Assembly (NCBI GenBank): GCA_963696385.1
Contig: CAVOKF010000005.1
Coordinates: 1,376,001 to 1,440,000 of the forward strand
Reading direction: 5' to 3'
Length of the DNA: 64,000 nt
Source of the DNA: an uncultured delta proteobacterium
Lineage (GTDB): Bacteria; Myxococcota_A; Polyangia; Polyangiales; Polyangiaceae
The notes under the pieces are model-generated. The model was given only the letters and a program-made list of their open reading frames with translations, had not been told where the DNA came from and searched no databases. Position 1 is the first letter of the stretch. Each line of letters begins with the position of its first letter. The position numbers were made by a program, and so were the translations under genes. Below, one piece after another: positions 58,894 through 64,000 of this stretch.

Positions 58894-59862
58894 GTGACGA
58901 CCCCGCTTCGCATCCTGACCTACAACGTGCGTTACTTCGGGCATGCCACCCGAGGCATCGCGAGCACGCGTCGCGCCATGCTCAGGATCGCGGAGGCGAT
59001 TGCCGGCCTCGTGCCGCTTCCCGCGATCGTGTGTTTGCAGGAGGTCGAGACACGATCGATTCGATCGACCGTCGCGCACCGAGGCGGCGAGACTCAGCTC
59101 GAGAGGTTCATGCAAATGCTCTCCGCCGCGCTGACGGCCGCCGGAAAGCCGGACGGCTATGACGCGTACTACTTTCCGGCCCACGCTTATCGGATCTCCC
59201 CGGGCGTGCACGCGTATACGACGGGTCTTGCCATCTTGGCGCACGAAAACTTCGCGGTCGATCACCATAACGCCGAGATGCCGCATGACATCACTCACCG
59301 TCGCTTGCATCCGATCCGACGCTTCAAGCAAACGCGAATTTGTGCCCACGTTCGCTTCCGCGATCGCGAGCAAAGCGGCCGCGATCCGATCGACGTGTTC
59401 AACACGCACTTGAGTCTGCCGAGCACGTTGACACGGGCATTTTGGACCGAGCCTCGCCGGCTGGGTTGGGGTCCCAACCAGATCGAGGAGGCGCGAAACC
59501 TCGCGCGCTTCGTCGAGCGCGAGAGAACGAGCAGTCGCTTCGTCGTCGTCGGAGATTTCAACGCACTGCCCGGCTCACCGGTGTATCGGTGTCTCGTCGA
59601 CGAGCATGGGTGGATCGATGCATTTGCGCAGCGCTATCGCTTTTCGGTCGACGAGATCGCCGGCTGGCCCACCGCCGGATTTCTGCGAATGCGCATGCAC
59701 CTCGACCACGTGTTTGCGGGGGCCGGACTCAAGTGGCTGGACTTCGACGACACGCATCCGTTTGGTGATCCGACGGCACCCTTTCACGGCTTGTCGGACC
59801 ATATGCCTCTCGTGGCGCGCTGCCGGGTCGTCCGAACGGCTTCGGCGCCGCCACCCGCATGA
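58894..59862 (+). CDS. Endonuclease/exonuclease/phosphatase family protein
   Basis: LTYNV, CLQEV, NTHL, GDFN, LDHVF, SDHMP. Confidence 0.92.
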   Translation: MTTPLRILTYNVRYFGHATRGIASTRRAMLRIAEAIAGLVPLPAIVCLQEVETRSIRSTVAHRGGETQLERFMQMLSAALTAAGKPDGYDAYYFPAHAYRISPGVHAYTTGLAILAHENFAVDHHNAEMPHDITHRRLHPIRRFKQTRICAHVRFRDREQSGRDPIDVFNTHLSLPSTLTRAFWTEPRRLGWGPNQIEEARNLARFVERERTSSRFVVVGDFNALPGSPVYRCLVDEHGWIDAFAQRYRFSVDEIAGWPTAGFLRMRMHLDHVFAGAGLKWLDFDDTHPFGDPTAPFHGLSDHMPLVARCRVVRTASAPPPA

Positions 59863-59975
59863 CTCCGGCTGCGCACGCACCCGGGCGGAGTCCACTTTGC
59901 AGCGGCGCGCGCTTTGGACGGTACTGTGTTCGTCGAAGCCGTAGAATGAAGTCTGACTTTTTCGAGGATCGGAAC

Positions 59976-60374
59976 ATGCCGGCCAACGAGACATCCAGTG
60001 CCCTGACCGAAGGCGTGCGCGTCACGGTGCGAAGCAGCTACGTCGCAGATCAGTCCGTGCCCGCCGCGCGACGCTACGTGTTCGCGTATACGGTCCGAAT
60101 CACGAACGAGGGGGCGGAGCCTGCGCAGCTGCGGACGAGGCATTGGGTCATCCGCGACGCAAACGGCAAGGTCGAGGAAGTGCGGGGTCCAGGGGTGGTC
60201 GGCCGTCAGCCCTACCTGAGCCCCGGAGAGCACTTCGAGTACACAAGCGGATGCGTCCTGCAGACGCCGACCGGCGAGATGCGTGGGACGTACCAAATGC
60301 AGAGGCCGGACGGGCGCGACTTCGATGCGGTCATCGCTCCGTTCTTGCTGGCCCTCCCTCACTCGTTGAACTGA
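59976..60374 (+). CDS. apaG: ApaG protein
   Basis: YVFAYTVRITN, QLRTRHWVI, VRGPGVVG, FEYTSGC, MRGTYQM. Confidence 0.95.
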   Translation: MPANETSSALTEGVRVTVRSSYVADQSVPAARRYVFAYTVRITNEGAEPAQLRTRHWVIRDANGKVEEVRGPGVVGRQPYLSPGEHFEYTSGCVLQTPTGEMRGTYQMQRPDGRDFDAVIAPFLLALPHSLN

Positions 60375-60480
60375 GCCGAGAATGCCTGGACGGTGGCGCG
60401 AGCGGCAGTCGCGTTCCCTTGGCCGCCGACGATCTCGGGGGAGCTGTGTGGTCAGAAGGCGCCTGGGCTAAGCATCCGTC

Positions 60481-60807
60481 ATGGACGAGTCCTCGTTTCA
60501 GATGCTCGCCGACCAGGCGTTTTCTGCGATCGGCGACGCATTCGACGACGTCGACCCCGACATCGTCGACTGCGAAGTCGCTGGAAACGTCGTCACGCTC
60601 ACGCTGCCGGGCGGAAAGAGGTGCATCGTGAACACGCAGCGACCGACGCGTCAGATCTGGTTTGCGGCCAACGCGCGAGCGTGGCATTTCTCTTGGGACG
60701 CGAACACGCGGCGGTGGATGGACGACAAGGGCCGGGGCGACGAGCTCTTCGCAACGATCGCAAATGTCGTGAAGGATGCCGTGGGGCTCGATCTGGCTTT
60801 CCGATGA
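60481..60807 (+). CDS. cyaY: Frataxin homolog, iron donor CyaY
   Basis: MDESSFQMLADQAF acidic helix, GNVVTL, IVNTQRPTRQIWFA, WHF. Confidence 0.9.
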   Translation: MDESSFQMLADQAFSAIGDAFDDVDPDIVDCEVAGNVVTLTLPGGKRCIVNTQRPTRQIWFAANARAWHFSWDANTRRWMDDKGRGDELFATIANVVKDAVGLDLAFR

Positions 60808-61196
60808 CCACGGCCTACGAAGTCATCGGCGGCGAAATCAAGGTGCGCGCCGTGATTGGCAAGCTTTACGACAGGCTCTTCGCCGATCCCATCGTGGGTT
60901 TTTTGTTCGTGGGCAAGGACAAGCGTCACATCGTCGACCAGCAGGTCATCTTGACCTGCGCGTTTCTGGGGGGGCCCGCGCGCTATACGGGTCGACCGCT
61001 GCCGCAAGCTCATGCGGCGTTACCGCTCTTGCCCGGTCACTTCGATCGCCGTCACCGCGTTCTCTCGCAGGTTCTCGAGGAAGAAGCGGTGCCGGAGGAC
61101 GCGCGCCGAACGTGGCTTGACATCGACGAATCCCTTCGTGCGAGTGTGCTCGCGGCGGCGCGTGACGCGCGGGACAAGACCCGCGATCCCGCGTAA
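60804..61196 (+). CDS. Group I truncated hemoglobin
   Basis: YEVIGG, LYDRLFADP..FLF, FLGGPARYTGRPL, AH (F8 His), HFD; ATGA-coupled to cyaY. Confidence 0.88.
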   Translation: MTTAYEVIGGEIKVRAVIGKLYDRLFADPIVGFLFVGKDKRHIVDQQVILTCAFLGGPARYTGRPLPQAHAALPLLPGHFDRRHRVLSQVLEEEAVPEDARRTWLDIDESLRASVLAAARDARDKTRDPA

Positions 61197-61302
61197 CGGA
61201 CGCCGCCCGTTCAGACGGCGGCGAGTCCGCGGGGAACGTCGAGTTTGTTCTCGGCCACAATGGACTGGCGGTCGTGTGTCGAAAGTGGCAACTGAGTTCG
61301 CG

Positions 61303-61896
61303 ATGAGTCAGGTTCGCAGCACATCCGGGAACGACTCGACGAATCCACCCGACACCGACCAGGCCGGCGATTCCGACGGCTTGACCGACGATCACTTGGT
61401 GACCACCCAGATGCCCACAGTGGCGAGGCCGCCAGTTCGCGTCGGTTCCGCGTCCTCGGCTGCGGCTGGCGCCTCGTCGTCGGCGCCACCCCGAGCCGTG
61501 GCGTCCTCGGCGCCCCGGCGGGACGTCGTTGCAGCTGCGGGATCGACCGGCAAAACGGCGGGCGAGGGCTCGAGCTGGTGGCGCGCGCTGCTGCAATCGA
61601 CGCGACCGAATGCGATGCCGGATCCCCTGTCCGACGCGAGAACGACGCGGCTGCGGATCGCCGTCACGTGCGTGGCTCTTGCCTTGCTTTGGATGGCCAT
61701 CGCGCTCGCGATCGGGCTGCGCGATCCTCCGTCCGACTTGCTCGCCCCCGCGATCGTAACGGCGGCCGTCGTCGTGGCCCGCGCACTCATCGCCGTGGGG
61801 CTCATCGCGTTCAGTGCGACGCTGCTCCGAGTGGCAGAGCGTCTTTTCGCCGCGGTCCGGGACGGGCGGCCGGACGACGACTCCAGCCGGAGCTGA
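61303..61896 (+). CDS. Hypothetical membrane protein (disordered N-terminus, two TM helices)
   Basis: Low-complexity N-terminus followed by two hydrophobic segments. Confidence 0.55.
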   Translation: MSQVRSTSGNDSTNPPDTDQAGDSDGLTDDHLVTTQMPTVARPPVRVGSASSAAAGASSSAPPRAVASSAPRRDVVAAAGSTGKTAGEGSSWWRALLQSTRPNAMPDPLSDARTTRLRIAVTCVALALLWMAIALAIGLRDPPSDLLAPAIVTAAVVVARALIAVGLIAFSATLLRVAERLFAAVRDGRPDDDSSRS

Positions 61897-62129
61897 GGCC
61901 ATGCGCAGTCCGCCCGCCTGCGCATTCGCGGGGCGGGGGAAGGAATCCTGCGGCTTTGGGCGGCGAAGTGGCCTTGGGCTGGACAAGCCCTGCATCGACG
62001 AAGTGGCGTTCGGCGAGCCGTGCCGTTGCCTTTGAAATAGTGTGGACGATGAGGGTCTCTCCCGACATCTCCGTACGACGCTTTGCGAGCCGGCTTCCAA
62101 GGCAGAGATGGGGGCGGGCATGGCCGCAC

Positions 62130-62158
62130 TTGACGCGCGACGGCGAGAAACCTAAAAG
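62130..62158 (+). promoter_or_regulatory. Sigma70-type promoter of the merR-iscS unit
   Basis: TTGACG (62130-62135), 17 bp, TAAAAG (62153-62158) in an AT-rich patch. Confidence 0.65.
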
Positions 62159-62162
62159 GATA

Positions 62163-62205
62163 GTCAACTCTAACATTCACGTAAGAGTGTTAGGTTAGAG
62201 TTGAC
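62163..62205. promoter_or_regulatory. Nested inverted repeat, candidate operator
   Basis: GTCAACTCTAAC (62163-62174) / GTTAGAGTTGAC (62194-62205) perfect 12-bp IR; inner CTAACATTC / GAGTGTTAG near-perfect IR. Confidence 0.75.
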
Positions 62206-62207
62206 CT

Positions 62208-62798
62208 ATGCCCGACCATCATCGACTCCCTCTCGTGGTCCGTCGCGCCGATCCCGGCGGCGGGGCGACGGCCGATCTGGGCCTTCCAGGCGGTGACGGA
62301 TCGCCTGCGCGCGAAGACGCGCAGGAGCGCCGAGGTCTGATGCAAGTAGGCGATCTAGCACGAGAAACTGGCAAGACCGTCCGCGCCATTCGTATGTACG
62401 AAGAACTTGGGCTGCTGACGCCGGCGGCTCGATCCAAGGGTGGCTTCCGTCTCTATGCGCGCGAGGCACTGGTCCGCATCCGCTGGATCAGCACGCTCCA
62501 GGAGATGGGCTTCAGTCTGGGCGATATCCAAACCATCGTCCGTGAGTGGGAGCACATCGCGAGCGCGCCGGGCGCGATGAAGCGCATGCGGCAGGTGTAC
62601 GTGCGCAAATTGGAAGAGACACGCGATCAAAAGCTGCGGATTGAGGCGCTCGAGCGCGAACTGGAGTCGAGCGTCGAATACCTGGACACCTGCGACGTAT
62701 GCGATCCGCAGCGGCTGCTCAGCGCGTGCAACTGCTGCGATCTGCACGACAAGGAGACGGACGTGCCCGAGCTCGTTCTCGGGTTCAGAGCGCGTTGA
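62208..62798 (+). CDS. MerR-family transcriptional regulator with C-terminal Cys cluster (alternative start 62340)
   Basis: [46 protein letters not shown], coiled coil, then CDVC-x8-CNCC. Confidence 0.9.
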   Translation: MPDHHRLPLVVRRADPGGGATADLGLPGGDGSPAREDAQERRGLMQVGDLARETGKTVRAIRMYEELGLLTPAARSKGGFRLYAREALVRIRWISTLQEMGFSLGDIQTIVREWEHIASAPGAMKRMRQVYVRKLEETRDQKLRIEALERELESSVEYLDTCDVCDPQRLLSACNCCDLHDKETDVPELVLGFRAR

Positions 62799-62877
62799 TT
62801 GCACGTTCAAGCGTGTCGTTTGCGCAAGCGTCAAAGGCCTACATCGGCTGGCACGAACCACGAACAAGGTAACGACG

Positions 62878-64000
62878 ATGGCTGTGAAGCTCCCGATTTT
62901 CATGGACAATCACTCGACGACGCCAGTGGATCCCCGCGTCGTGGACGAGATGATGCCGTACTTCACTACGAAGTTCGGTAACGCCGCCAGTCGCGGTCAT
63001 TCGTTCGGCTGGCAGGCCGAGGAGGCGGTCGATCACGCGCGCGAACGCATCGCTCGACTCATCGGCGCGAAGGACGAGAAGGAAATCGTATTCACCAGCG
63101 GCGCGACCGAGAGCGACAACCTCGCCATCAAGGGCGTTGCCGAGTTCTACAAGGACAAAGGCAATCACATCATCACGACCGTGACCGAGCACAAGGCCGT
63201 TCTCGACACGTGCAAGCGTCTCGAGAAGCAGGGCTTCGATGTCACCTATTTGGGCGTCGGAAAAGATGGACGAGTGGACCCCGACGACGTCAAGAATGCG
63301 ATTACCGACAAGACGATTCTCGCGAGTGTGATGCTCGCGAACAACGAGATCGGTACCGTGCAGCCTTTGGACGCTATCGGCAAAATCACCCGCGAACGGG
63401 GCGTGCTTCTCCACAGCGACGCCGTGCAGGGGATTGGCAAGGTCGACTTCGACGTCCAGAGAATGAACGTGGACCTGGCATCCTTGACGGCCCACAAGAT
63501 CTACGGGCCCAAAGGTGTCGGCGCCCTGTACGTGCGGCGTAGCCGGCCGCGTGTGAGGCTGGCCGCACAGATGGACGGGGGCGGCCACGAACGAGGAGTG
63601 CGTTCGGGGACGCTCGCCGTCCCCCTCATCGCCGGCTTTGGCAAGGCCTGCGAGATCATGACGCTTGAAGGCCAGGCCGAGGCGGCGCGGCTGCGTGCAC
63701 TGCGGGACCGTCTGCGCACGCGCATCATGACCGGTCTCGAGGAGGTGTACCTTAACGGGTCGACCGATCACGGTCTTCCGGGCAACCTGAACCTGAGCTT
63801 CAACTTCGTCGAGGGCGAAGGTCTCATGATGGCGATCAAGGATGTCGCCGTGAGCTCGGGATCGGCGTGCACGTCGGCAAGTCTCGAGCCGAGCTACGTC
63901 CTGCGCGCGCTCGGCGTGGGAGACGAGCTTGCGCACTCGAGCATTCGATTCGGGCTTGGGCGCTTCAACACCGAGGAGGAGGTCGACTACGTGGCCGATT
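62878..64000 (+). CDS. iscS: Cysteine desulfurase IscS (group I; 3' end outside window)
   Basis: [78 protein letters not shown]. Confidence 0.96.
   Translation, partial: MAVKLPIFMDNHSTTPVDPRVVDEMMPYFTTKFGNAASRGHSFGWQAEEAVDHARERIARLIGAKDEKEIVFTSGATESDNLAIKGVAEFYKDKGNHIITTVTEHKAVLDTCKRLEKQGFDVTYLGVGKDGRVDPDDVKNAITDKTILASVMLANNEIGTVQPLDAIGKITRERGVLLHSDAVQGIGKVDFDVQRMNVDLASLTAHKIYGPKGVGALYVRRSRPRVRLAAQMDGGGHERGVRSGTLAVPLIAGFGKACEIMTLEGQAEAARLRALRDRLRTRIMTGLEEVYLNGSTDHGLPGNLNLSFNFVEGEGLMMAIKDVAVSSGSACTSASLEPSYVLRALGVGDELAHSSIRFGLGRFNTEEEVDYVAD

Noticed and set aside
1..64000. CRISPR arrays, IS elements, prophage genes
   Set aside because: No spaced direct-repeat arrays, transposase, integrase or phage structural motifs were seen.

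Overview
GC-rich core-genome window from a myxobacterium (Myxococcota, probably Polyangiaceae/Sorangiineae-like). The taxonomy is inferred from a TIGR04563-type small protein, a zinc-ribbon/GYF GltJ-like protein, Hanks kinases with Pro/Ala linkers and many Cys-rich lipoproteins. Contents in order: end of infB-DUF503-rbfA; a serA-like gene; a translationally coupled futalosine-pathway menaquinone operon (ubiD/mqnL, menG, ubiX, a core-less MqnE paralog, mqnE, mqnA-mqnC fusion, amidohydrolase, mqnP); msrA; a long minus-strand run (sigma factor, mnmA, lipoprotein, rlmD-like, small Cys protein, tilS, ftsH, gap, pgk, tpiA, secG); an orphan PglZ-like gene divergent from a stand-alone 6S RNA; a Fam20C/PI4K-like kinase lipoprotein; ctpA; glpAB with glycosyltransferases; pheA; ssb-rpmE-DUF1385-prfA-HIT; two Ser/Thr kinases; yitJ; tRNA-Ile2(CAU); and apaG-cyaY-truncated globin, followed by a Cys-rich MerR regulator with a palindromic operator directly upstream of iscS. 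About seven single-base frameshifts break or falsely fuse genes (five at GA(T)TC-type sites, two in G/C homopolymers) and are most likely sequencing errors. No CRISPR array, IS, integrase or prophage was seen. The strongest leads are the MerR-type candidate Fe-S regulator in the IscR position, the radical-SAM-core-deleted MqnE pseudoenzyme, the orphan PglZ-like protein and the exported atypical kinase. All calls come from motif recognition by eye; no searches were run.
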